Positions 1-10,841 of a stretch of DNA of 64,000 nt are shown piece by piece. Below the pieces are notes generated by a model. The model was given only the letters and a program-made list of their open reading frames with translations. It made no database searches and was not told the origin of the DNA. Source of the stretch: Torpedo marmorata (lineage: Eukaryota); assembly GCA_977017645.1 (NCBI GenBank), contig OZ360255.1:4030001-4094000 (forward strand), given 5' to 3'. The translations under genes were made by a program, and so were the position numbers. Numbering within the stretch: position 1 is the first letter of the stretch; every line of letters begins with the position of its first letter.

Positions 1-196
1 TTGAGGCTGCTTCATTGAACATATTTAAGGTTCAGTTGGATAGATTTTTTCATAAAAAAGGAATTAGGGGATATGGGGAAAGGGCATGTAGGTGGAGTTA
101 GGTCATTGATCAGATCAGCTATGATCTTATTGAATGGCGGAGCAGGCTCGATGGGCCGGTTGGCCTACTCCTGTTCCTAATTTCTTATGTTCTTAA
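1..196 (+). mobile_element. CR1-clade (HER1-like) LINE 3' end
   Basis: End of ORF2 (FKVQLDRF-like), then the typical tail gatcagctatgatcttattgaatggcggagcaggctcgatgggcc...cctactcctg and a short-repeat terminus. Same tail type as 17410-17487. Confidence 0.8.
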
Positions 197-840
197 GTTC
201 TAACTGGGAGCTCTGGATGGCCGTGCAGACAAAATGCAGATGCTCTGCAAATTGGTCAAACCCAGACTAGTCGCTTGGTATCGCTGATGTGTAGGGCACC
301 ACACTAGGAGCATCCGATGCAGTGGACAAGTTTGGAGGAGGTGCACATGGAGTCACCTGGAAGGGTTGTGTAGGTCCCTGGATGGTGGTGAGGGAAGGAG
401 GTGTAAGTGTGGTGAGGGAAGGAGGTGTAAGTGTGGTGGGGGAAGGTGCCAGGGTTCCGGGAGGGGTGGACGGACCAGGGAATCATGGAGGGAGTGGTCC
501 CTGTGGAAGTTGCGGAGGAGAAGCTGTGGCTGGTGGAGAGATCACTTTGGCAGCTGGTGGAAATGATGAAGAACGATGTTCTAGATGTGGAGGCTAGTAG
601 GGTGAGAGGTGGGGACAATGGGAAGTCTATCACTGTTCTTTGTGGAGGGAGGGGGGGTGAGAGCAGAAATGGAGGGAGGACTCCTTCAAGTACAGGAGAA
701 GGGAAGCCGTGTTCTGAAAAATGAGGACATTTACATCTCCTGAAGTGGAATCCTGAGAGCAGATGTGGCTGAGACGAGAACCTGGGAGAAAACGATGGAA
801 ACAGGGTGGGAAGGTGTAGTTTAGCTGTGGGAGTCTATGG
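197..840 (-). mobile_element. Degenerate Penelope-like element fragment (GIY-YIG endonuclease region)
   Basis: Minus-strand translation ...CTSSKLVHCIGCS matches the PLE GIY-YIG motif CxSxNxVYCIxC. A better-preserved homolog lies at 52410-52742. Confidence 0.7.
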
Positions 841-850
841 GTTTATATTA

Positions 851-1090
851 AATTTAGACATACAGCACGGTAACAGGTCCTTCCGGCCCACGAGCCCATG
901 CCGCCCAATTACACCCAATTAACCTACAACCCCCGTACATTTTGAAAGGTGGGAGGAAACCGGAGTGCCCGGAGGATACCCACGCAGACACGGGGAGAAC
1001 GTACAAACTCCTTACAGACAGCGCCAGATTCGAACCCCGATCACTGGCTCTGTGAGAGCGTTGCGCTAACCGCTACGCTAACTGTGCCGT
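851..1090 (-). mobile_element. tRNA-derived V-SINE (HE1-like)
   Basis: Reverse complement of the 4892-5142 copy: B box ggttcgaatc, V-domain gctgtctgtaaggagtttgtacgttctccccgtgtctgcgtggg, CR1-like tail. Confidence 0.85.
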
Positions 1091-1613
1091 AGTAAATGTT
1101 GGTGGACAGTTTGTCTGAGATGGAGTCAGCGATTGAGAAAGGAGCACCTATCACCCTCTGGCCCCTGTCACATCCCTCCCCACCACTGTTATACCACCTC
1201 TCTTCCCTCCACTCTCGTGATGTAGGATCTCGACTTGACACGTTGACAATTCCATCCCCACATTTCCCTCCCCCCCCCCACCCCCACAGATGATGCATGA
1301 CCCACTGTTACTCCACAAATGGAGTTGGCCAGTGCTGTTACAGGTCCTTAAAAGGAAATGCCTTTCTTAATTATACTTCTATGCTTGCTGATTGCATTAG
1401 TCGAAGCCTTGATGCTCTGCAGCTGTAATTATCAAAATAATCTTTTGTATTGATTTTATAATGTGTTAATTATTTTCTTGGATTTTGAGAAATTGTCACT
1501 AAATCTAGATATTGCTCCAAGGTGAATTATCTACTTTAAATATCAAACTCTAATTTTTGGTTCTTCACACTTTTAGAATGTGGGCTGTTTGCTTGACTTT
1601 GGAGCAATTTTGA

Positions 1614-1710
1614 TTGATTACGATAAGTGGTAATTCTGCCTGGCCCGCAGGAAAAAGAATCTCAGGGTTGTATGTGATGTCATGTATGTTCTCTGACAAT
1701 AAATCTGACA
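1614..1710 (+). mobile_element. Rex1/Babar-type LINE 3' tail fragment
   Basis: aagtggtaattctgcctggcccgcag...tgacaataaatctga is the reverse complement of the tail at 56470-56560. Confidence 0.65.
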
Positions 1711-2355
1711 TCTGCTTCTCCCTCCGTAGGCACCCAATCACAATGAGGTTTTGTTGGTGCGACACTTTTCGTGTTGCAAACATCCCGAGGGCCTTCTGAT
1801 AAATGTTGCCAGGCAGAATTTGTCACAAGAGTTAGAGACCAGAGATTGCATGTTTTACTCTTAAGGGAGGAAAGAGGTGACGGTTTGTGGGAAGGAATTC
1901 CAGAGATTTCAGAATTGACAGCTGAATGCACAGCTGCCAATGGGGATGTGCAAGATGGGAGGGTTTGACGATTGTGGAGCTTTTGGCGCTGTTAGGATTT
2001 GGACAGAGTTTAACCATGGGGAAAAAAACTTTAAAATCATGGTTGAAAATTTTTAACTGAAATTGTCGCCTTCTTCTTTGGATGGGGATCACTTGGAAAA
2101 TCACAATGTTCCTGTCTCTAATGTCCAAGCTGGTAAATTCCAGCAGCGTTGACTGAGGCGACATCAGAAGCAGCAAAAGCTGGGAGCAAGGGGGAGCATT
2201 GTTAGAGTGAAGGAACGGGTGAGCCTTAAAATTCAGCAGTGAAAGGAGCCGTTAGGCCGGTCTCAACAAACTGGAGTAATGAGTGGGGGGGGGGGGGGGA
2301 ACTGATCGGAAGGAAGAGAAAGTTGCTGCAGGGTTCCTCTGCTCCTGGCCATTAC

Positions 2356-2522
2356 AGAAATGCTGGAGGAACTCAGCCGGTCTCGCAGCGTTCATTACCG
2401 ACGAAACGTCGGTTATACAGTATATCTTTACCTCCAATGGACGCTGCGAGAGTGTCTGAGTTCCTCCAGCATTTCTGTGTGTTTTTACTACAACCTCAGC
2501 ATCTGCAGACTTTCGTGTTTCA
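2356..2522 (+). mobile_element. Short Penelope-type terminal-repeat element with inverted arm, 14-bp TSD
   Basis: TSD ctcctggccattac at 2342-2355 and 2523-2536. Arms gaaatgctggaggaactcag and ctgagttcctccagcatttc. Inner hairpin accgacg-aaa-cgtcggt. Confidence 0.75.
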
Positions 2523-2842
2523 CTCCTGGCCATTACTGCTGCTTTCTAATGCTTCCTTGTACAAGTGGATGCTTAACTTCATGGTGGAGAATGACTGCAG
2601 CGTTCTCCCCATGAGCCTGACCAATATTTGTTCATTGAACACTGATAAAACAGATTATCTGGGCAGTCGTGGGCAAATTTTTGTATGTACGGAGAAGACA
2701 TGTCAAATCTACTTTGGTTGTAAGGGAGTTGGAATGTCTGAAGATTGTGTAAGGTTTATTTTGTTAAATGCAGCTAGATCATTAGAATGTTTTAAGGTGG
2801 AGGTAAATAAAGAAGGTGGAGTGAAGAAGGATGAGAGGAGAC

Positions 2843-3187
2843 TTAATGGAGGTCTACAAGGTTATGAAAGGCATAGATAGGGTGGACAGACAGCGCCTTT
2901 TTCCTGGGGGTGACTGTAGCAAACACCAGAGGACATCTGTTTAAGGTGAGGGGAGGAAAGTTTGGCGGAGACATCAGGGGCACGCTTTTTTTACACACAG
3001 AGTTGTGGGTGCCTGGAATGCATTGCCAGGGGTGGTGGTGGAGGCTGGAACAATAGGGGCATTTAAGACACTCTTTGACAGGCACATGGATGAAAGAAAA
3101 ATAGAGGGTTATGGATGTGAGGTGGGGAAGGGTTAGATTGTTGTGGAGGAGGTTTACAGAGATCAGGTCACATCGTCAGTCGAAGGG
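2843..3187 (+). mobile_element. CR1-clade LINE 3' fragment
   Basis: Encodes LMEVYKVMKGIDRVD and an RVVGAWNALP-like CR1 ORF2 C-terminus. Confidence 0.75.
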
Positions 3188-4493
3188 CCGCCCAGTAGCA
3201 CTAACTTCTACTGTGATGAAATGCTTTGAGAGGCTGGTCATGGCCAGAATTAACACGTACCTAAGCAAAGATCTGGATCCACTGCAATTCGCCTATCGCC
3301 ACAATCGCTCCACAGCAGATGCAATATCGCTGGCTCTCCACTCAGCTCTGGATCACCTCGAAAACAGCAATTCATACATACGGTTGCTCTTCATCGACTA
3401 CAGCTCGGCCTTCAATACCATTATTCCCTCAGTGCTGGTCAAGAAGCTACAAACTCTAGGCCTCTGTACCCCCCTCTGCAACTGGATCCTTGACTTTCTC
3501 ATCGGAAGACCACAGTCAGTACGAATTGGAAACAACGTCTCCTCCACACTATCAACACAGGCGCACCCCAAGGATGCGTACTTAGTCCACTGCTCTACTC
3601 GTTATACACCCATGATTGTGTGGCCAGGCACAATTCCAATGCCATATACAAGTTTGCCGATGACACCACAGTTGTGGGCAGAATCACAAACGGCAATGAG
3701 GAAGCGTACAGGAGGGAGATAGATCAGCTCGTTGAATGGTGTAATGGCAACAACCTTGAGCTCAACGTCAGCAAAACCAAGGAGATGATTGTGGACTTCA
3801 GGAGGAAGTCAGGGGAACACGACCCAGTCCTCATCGAGGGCTCAGTCGTGGAGAGGGTCAAGAACTTCAAATTCCTGGGTGTCAACATCTCCGAGGATCT
3901 GTCCTGGAGCATCCACGTTGATGCAATCACAAAGAAGGCTCGTCAGCGGCTATACTTTGTGAGGTGTCTGCGGAGATTCGGTATGTCACCGAAGACTCTC
4001 GTAAACTTCTGCAGGTGTACCGTGGAGAGCATTCTGGCTGGTTGCATCACTGCCTGGTATGGAGGCGCCAACTCCCAGGACAAGAGTAAACTCCAGAAGG
4101 TTGTTAACTCGGCCTGTGACATCACAGGCACCAGACTTTAGTCCATCGAGGACATCAACATGAGGCGGTGTCTTAAAAAAAGCAGCCTCTATCCTCAAAG
4201 ACCGTCACCACCCAGGCCGTGCCCTCTTCACTCTGCTTCCATCGGGAAAAAGGTACAGGAGCCTAAAGACGAGCACTCAACGGCACAAGGACAGCTTCTT
4301 CCCCACTGCCATCAGATTCCTGAATAATCAATGAACCAAAGACACTGCCTTACTTTTCGTGCACTATTGTTTATAATTTTTTATAGTAATGTCGTTAGAT
4401 GGTTAATATGAATGTTAATTTGCACTATGATGCTGCCGCAAAACACTGAATTTCGTGACTTGTTCATGACAATAAATTCTGATTCTGATTCTG
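3188..4493 (+). mobile_element. Rex1/Babar-clade LINE, 5'-truncated, RT domain frameshifted
   Basis: [38 protein letters not shown] and [10 protein letters not shown] motifs. Tail gacaataaa(ttctga)n. Nearly identical to 43151-44477. Confidence 0.9.
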
Positions 4494-4891
4494 TACTGTA
4501 ATGTTCTGTAAATATTTGAGGACAGGAAATTGAGGGCAAGAGAGATGTGATGTGGATGAGGAGCTGAGGCAAGCAGAGATCAGCTCTGATCGTATTGAAT
4601 GGTGAGACAGAGATGAGGGTCTAGGTTGTCTCCTATTTTGTGCCCAAGTGGAAGTTCTGAGAAGGAATGGAACATCGGGTCGCTACCTGACGGGGTCGGA
4701 CCTTGCCTTTATCACACCCTTGGTGGGTGGGAAACTCCCGGATAGGATTGCACAGAACACAAGGCTTTCTTTTGATCCTTCCTCAAGAGCACCGTTATAA
4801 CAACTTTAGGTACACAGGAGGCTGCAGATGCTAGAATCTGAAGCCAGGCACAGTCTACGGGAGGGTTTCAGCTCAAAGCCTCGACCATTTG

Positions 4892-5142
4892 GGGCGGCAC
4901 AGTTGGCGTAGCGGTTAGCACAACGCCTTTACAGCGCCAGCGATCGGGATCGGACCAGGGTTCGAATCCCGCGCTGTCTGTAAGGAGTTTGTACGTTCTC
5001 CCCATGTCTGCGTGGGTTTTCTCCAGGGCTCCGGTTTCCTCCCACCATTCAAATTGTCCCGGGGGTGTAAGTTAATGGGGTGTAAATTGGGAGGCATGGA
5101 CTCGTGGGCCGAAATGGCCTGTTATTGTGCTGTATGTCTAAA
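4892..5142 (+). mobile_element. tRNA-derived V-SINE (HE1-like)
   Basis: A box tggcgtagcggt, B box ggttcgaatcc, V-domain, tail gggccgaaatggcctgtt...tgtatgtctaaa. Flanked by old Penelope-type repeat arms (about 4815-4890 and 5172-5220). Confidence 0.85.
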
Positions 5143-5238
5143 TTTTTTTTTTAATTGAAAATTTTAAAATTCTGTGTCTCCCACTGATGCTACTCGACCC
5201 ACTGAGTTTCTCCAGCAGATGAAGAAATACAGCCGCTG

Positions 5239-5715
5239 GCGAGCCTTCTTCATGAAGAAGGCTCACCAGCGGCTATAATTCGCTAGGAGTTTGAGGAGAT
5301 TTTGTATGTCACCAAAGACTCTTGCAAATTTCTGCAGGTGTATGTACCACGGAGAGCATTCTGACAGGTTGCATCACTGTCTGGTATGGAGATGCCAATG
5401 CACAGGAAGAGACTACAGAGAGTTGTGAACTCGGCCAGCGCCATCATGGGCATTAATCTTCACTCCATTAAGGACTTCTATAACAGGCGGTGTCTTAAGA
5501 AAGCAGCCTCAATCCTCAAGGACCCCCACCACCCAGGCCAAGCCCTCTGTACACTGCTACCATCAGGAAGGAGGTACAGGAGCCTGAAGACGAACACCCA
5601 ACGGTACAAAAACAGCTTCTTCCCCTCCGCCATCAGATTCCTGAACAGACAACGAACCACAGACACTACTGCACTTTCTTTCTCTTTTTGCACTTGTTAT
5701 TTATTTTTAAATAAT
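5239..5715 (+). mobile_element. Rex1/Babar LINE 3' fragment
   Basis: RLQRVVNSA...LKDPHHPG...LPSGRRYRSLKT...SFFPSAIRFLN. Confidence 0.85.
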
Positions 5716-5717
5716 TT

Positions 5718-6252
5718 TGCCCCTGTGTGTGTGGAGAAGGATGCAAGGGTCCTTGTTTCGGTTCATCCCCAGTGGCAGCGTGACAGAGGACTCTCTGATC
5801 TACAGACTGTTCCCGGGGACACACACAGAGTCAGACATCCGGAACTGCTGGAAGACCATCAATTCGGTGAAAGACACTCTTTGGTCTGCCCGAAACCTGT
5901 TGGTCTTTCAGCACACGGAGACGTCGGTGAGGGAATGCTGCCGACTGGCACATTCCAGGCTGCAGGAGTATGTGCTGAGGGACGCACTGAGGCTTGGCAG
6001 GGGAGGGGTAGGACCACAGTCTAGAGTCCTTCTGTCATCGGGCATTGAGGGGCTGAGACCGAGGGGAAGCCCCTCAAACAACAGAGGGGGGAGTAACGAC
6101 AAGGTGCACAGTGGTGGCAATGGTGCTAATAGAGAATGAATGTACCAATGTACAGTGATGGGAATGTATGGATATGACACTAAGGATGTGAAAGGATTTT
6201 GAATGGATTTCTTTTCTCAATTTATTGTGAATAAAGTCTATTTTTGGAAAAT
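5718..6252 (+). mobile_element. Tx1/L1-clade LINE 3' fragment
   Basis: ORF2 C-terminus-like CVWRRMQ...LFPGTH...CWKTINSVKDTLWSARN. Ends in aataaagtctatttttggaaa. Confidence 0.65.
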
Positions 6253-6842
6253 AACATTCCTCCTGTGCTGTACTGCTTTGTAGTTCCAGCCTTTGGTCGG
6301 GACCATGAATCCACAACCTCCTGACTTTGAGGCGAATGTGATAGGTTTAGTTTATTTTCAGGAAGTGATGTCACTGTCATGGCCGGCATTTGTTGCTCAT
6401 CTCAATTGTCGTTGAAAGAGAGGCAGTGAACCATCTGCCTGAACCATTGGTGACCTTCTGGGGACCTTCAGCGTGTTTGGGTGGGGAGCCTCCGGCCCAC
6501 AACGCGTGCTTGGGCTTTTGCACCGGTGTGTTTCCATGAGGGGAAACCGTGGACAATCATTGAGTGGGCCACAAGCAATGGGACAAAGGCCTCTACCACG
6601 CAACAGCTTGCACTGTCAGAGCTCCCGCCACTATTTCTAAACGTTCCTGACGCTCAGAAACTTTGAGCAAAAGTTGAAAACCCTTTAAATAATTTTTAAA
6701 AATTAACACAATAAGAAAATAAATGGATTAAATTGCATAGGACATTTAAATTAATTAAATATTGATTAAAATAGAGCGTTTACAAAAAATGGCCACTTTA
6801 AGTGAAGGCCACCAATTCCATTGGTTAAGATTGGGGCCATGT

Positions 6843-7442
6843 GAGATTGAGGATAGAGGCTGCTTTCTTGAGACGCTGCCTCTTGTAGATGTCCTTGATG
6901 GAGTGAAGACTGATGCCCACGATGGCGCTGGCCGAGTTCACAACTCTCTGTAACCTTTTCCTGTCCTGTGCATTGGCACCTCCATACCAGACAGTGATGC
7001 AACCAGCTGGAATGCTCTCCACGGTACACCTGTAGAAGTTGCAAAGGTCTTCGGTGACGTACCAAATCTCCTCAAACTCCTCACGAAGTATAGCTGCTGG
7101 CGAGCCTTCTTCGTGATTGCATTGATGTGGAGGCTATAGGATGGATCTTCAGAGATGTTGACACTCAGGAATTTAATGTTCTTTACCCTTTCCACTGCTG
7201 ACCCCTCGATGAGGACTGGTTTGTGTTCCCCTGAATTCCCCCTCCTGAAGTCCACAATCAGTTCTTTAGTTTTGCTAACGTTGAGTACAAGGTTGTTGTT
7301 ATGACACCACTCAACCAGCTGATCTATCTCCCTCCTGTTCGCTTCCTCATTGCCGTCTATGATTGTGCCGACGACCATGGTATCATGGGCAAATTTGTAG
7401 ATGGCATTTGAATTGTGCCCAGCCTCACAGTCATGGGTGTTT
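6843..7442 (-). mobile_element. Rex1/Babar LINE internal RT fragment
   Basis: Minus ORFs contain [26 protein letters not shown] and KKARQQLYFVRSLRRFG. Confidence 0.85.
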
Positions 7443-8260
7443 AATAGCTGCCCACTTTCCCTGTCTATACCAGATTGTCCGGTTCATGAATGAATTAGTA
7501 GATGCCGTTGCACTTGAAATTTCTGAAGAATGAAACTTTGATTCTTAATGATGCAAGACATTTTTAAAAAATCTGTACTTTCTCATACAAAATAGAAATT
7601 TGTACTCTGGGGATATAGCTGCTGCATACAATTCCTCTGGTCAATCAACAAGTCCATGATCAGGAAAGGATACCAAAGACTGCAGTACAATTTGAAAATA
7701 TTTCACTCCTTTTGTTTCAAGGAGAGGGATTCATGATTCTGCATTCTCTTGGTACCTCATCCAAACGACCGTCATTTATGTGCCTTGGCCTTTGAGTGCC
7801 AATCATGCGTCTCGATGAGTAGATTTTGCAGTTCTGAATTACTGAATAGTTGTTGGAGACAGGATTAGTGACTGCTTCTCTCCTCTCCAAAGAATCACGT
7901 TCACCTGAGATGGTTCAAAGTTTCAGCATTGGCATTTGTCTGTTTGACATCTCAATACTAAATAGTGCAGTCGTATATTGATGAATCTTGGAAATCAACA
8001 TTTTTTGGGTTAAAATTATACCTATTATTACGGTATTACGTGCTCCCAGTTCATTTTCATTTGAGTGGGACTGTCACTTTAAGAGAACAAATCAAGCTGC
8101 AAGCTCTGCAAGATATTGGAGATTGACTGTGAGCTGGCAGGCTGGGGACAGCGTGTACTAAAATTCGCTACTACTGAAGAGAGAGGAAGTGGCCCTGGAA
8201 AACACAGGTGCAGAGACCATGTGACCAACATGTTAAAGAAACAGTACTCAGTTTGATCAG

Positions 8261-8498
8261 GGGGCATTTTGAGGAGACAGCACAGGAGCAACAGCTCTTG
8301 GAAGTTATACTGTGCTGAAGTGGCCTTGTGAGGTGATAGACAATTTGTCTGATTTCTCCGTGTTATAGGGGAATGAGTAGGGGCCATTTTAAGGAGATAG
8401 CACTTGGAGAAGCATCCTTTGAAGGGATATTGTGCTGAAGGGCCTCGTGTGGTAATGGACAATTTGTCTGATTTCTCCGTGTTATAGGGGAATGAGTA
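8261..8498. repeat. About 120-bp diverged tandem duplication inside an LTR-like segment (about 8070-9000)
   Basis: Two copies, each ending gacaatttgtctgatttctccgtgttatagggg(g)aatgagta and beginning ggg(g/c)cattttRaggagaYagcac. Confidence 0.75.
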
Positions 8499-9068
8499 TA
8501 CCACTCAGTGACCAAAAGGGAAGGTCACTTTGAACGGCTGACCCACGAAAGGGTTTTGGAAGCTTAGTGAGAATCACTCGCTTCGTGTCCCCTACGCAAA
8601 TAAAAGGGGAGTTTTGATTGCCACTCATCTGAAAAGGACATTTCTCTGGAAGCCTCGACAAGGAGTTCGTGAGTTTATGACAGTCTCTCCCCCATTCGTG
8701 AACTTCTTTGTATCCATTTAAAGCCTGCATGTCAACATTGGATTTTCTGAGACTGAACTTTGAACTGCCTTTCGAGAATTGTGCCTGAGCTGTAGTTGCT
8801 TGGGGTATTCCACACACTCAACCACACCCACATAAGTATATTCACGCATAGTTGGGGGTTAAGTAGATAAGTTTAGATAAATTAGATAAGGTGTTATGGT
8901 TAACGGTAATTAATAATTTAAAATATTTTAAATATAACACTCTCTGGGCTAATTTCCATTGCTGCTGTCTGGTACGTAGCATCGGATGAGTTTTCTTACA
9001 ATGTAGGTTTATGTGCATTGCAATTGAGTCCAGTTTTAAGTGAATCAGATACCAATAGGAGAGCTGGA

Positions 9069-9213
9069 AGTAAAACACGAAAGTCTGCAGACACCAGGGT
9101 TGAAGTAAAAACACAATGCTGGAGAAACTCAGCAGGTCAAAGATAAAGGTACACAACCAACATTTTGGGCTTGAGCCCTTCTTCAAGGTATGAGCAAAAT
9201 GTAGGCAAGCGCT
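9069..9213 (-). mobile_element. Short Penelope-type element with a degenerate hammerhead-like motif
   Basis: gtaaaacacgaaagtctgcagacacc...tgctggagaaactcagcagg...ttttgggcttgagcccttcttcaaggtatgag. Same family as 10842, 14808 and 24200. Confidence 0.75.
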
Positions 9214-9348
9214 CGGTTCAGTGAGTGGAAAAAAACCCCAGTTGAGAGCCACATCTTTAGGGAATCCTACACCAGGACACCCAAGTCTCTTTGGACCTTT
9301 GCTTTCTGAGTCTCTTCCTGTTTAGGAAATGGTCTACTTCTTTATTTC

Positions 9349-9600
9349 AAGTAAAAACACACCGAAATGCTGGAGGAACTCAGCCGGTCTTTCATCGTCC
9401 ATAGGAGACAAAGATATATTGCCGACCTTTTGGGCCTGAGCCCTTCTTCAAGGAATATTCCTTTAAGAAGGGCTTAGGCCCAAAATGTCGGCAATATATC
9501 TTTGTCTCCTATGGACGCTGTGAGACCGGCTGAGTTCCTCCAGCATTTCGGTGTGTTTTTACTACAAAATCACAGTGTCTGCAGACTTTCATGTTTCACT
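9349..9600. mobile_element. Palindromic Penelope-type element (about 105-bp arms), 14-bp TSD
   Basis: Near-perfect inverted repeat 9351-9563 centred on aaggaatattcctt. TSD tacttctttatttc (9335-9348) and tactactttatttc (9601-9614). Confidence 0.8.
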
Positions 9601-9705
9601 TACTACTTTATTTCTTCTTTCAAAGTGCATGACCCATACACTTCCCTGTGCTGTATTCTATCTGCCACTTCTTTGACCATTCTCCCAATCTGGCCAAGTC
9701 CCTCT

Positions 9706-10603
9706 TGTTACAAATCCAAACCAGCAACGACAGAAGACGCAATGCAAAAGGGGTAAAATTGAAATTTATATTTATTAAACACAATTAAACATATAATTTC
9801 ACAACATTTAACCCCACTATAAACGTCTATAAACACTATTCTTATCTAAAAGGTGTGTGTGTGTGTAAAGCCCAGACCATTACAGTCTGTGCCCAACCCT
9901 TATGTAAAAATGGAAAAACTTTCCCCATAAAACCCAGGTCAGTCATAAAAAAACAAGTCAGTCAAAAAAAAAGATAATATAGTCTACAAATTCACTCTCT
10001 AAGTTCAGGCTTCAACTTCAGCTCTGTGTCTGGTAGAAGTACTTCTGAATGAACGTTGGAGAGAGACAATGACTGTTTATGCTTACAAATACTTGTTTTC
10101 TTCTCTGATGACGTCCCCTTCTTGTATGTTCATAAGGATTGCAAGTTCAGATCAGTATACCACTGATTTAGGCGTATGCTTGAATCTCACAGCTAGTCTC
10201 GCTGATCTCACGCCTGTTCTCCACAGAAGTTGCTTTTTCTCAGAATTTCTCTCTGAGACAGGAGGCCATGTGCTATCCTGCCAGTGATTTTCTCTGGCTT
10301 GCACAAGCCTGGATTTGGCTGTGTCCTGTAGCCTTTGCAACTTACAACTGTCTGCCTTGTGCAGTGAACTACACCTGCTTTTTGCAAAAGTGAAGCAAAT
10401 GTATCTTGTCCACAGTCTGTCTCTCTCTCTCTGGTCTCTCTCTGTCTGGGTACACCAAGAGTGCAACAATGTATCTTGTCTGGGTACACCAAGTAGCTGG
10501 GGAAGTTAACTCTTTCAGTACCTGGCCCCAGTGTATACTCCAAAAGACTTCATCCTTCCTGCTGATCGTCCGCAGTCCAAATGGTCAGTCATGGTCCATA
10601 ACA
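9706..10603 (-). mobile_element. Solo LTR of the Gmr1-type family at 29892-35772
   Basis: tgtta...taaca termini, 4-bp TSD ctct/ctct, very similar to both LTRs of the full element. Confidence 0.93.
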
Positions 10604-10841
10604 CTCTGCAGATTCCCCACTTCCTCCACCTATCTTCATATGATCGGGCCAGTTTTTAAATCCCAGATAGAAATCTCCTTTGGATGCTGGAAGCAGTTGT
10701 TAAATTTATATCTAAACCATGTGCTTTGACACTCCACTCATTTGGAGTGACAAAGGGTTGCCATTGTGATCTAAGTTATGATTAGATGATTCACCTTTAA
10801 TACATTATATTCCCTGATAATATCAGGCCAAATTAGTTAGA

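Noticed and set aside
4892-4970. tRNA gene
   Set aside because: A/B boxes are present but there is no complete cloverleaf, and it continues into the V-SINE body.
6255-6340. Ancient Deu-domain/tRNA SINE remnant (also about 7895-7990)
   Set aside because: The resemblance is too degenerate to support without an alignment.
8072-9000. Defined solo LTR
   Set aside because: LTR-like composition and possible TG/CA ends, but I could not find a matching TSD. Only the internal duplication is reported.
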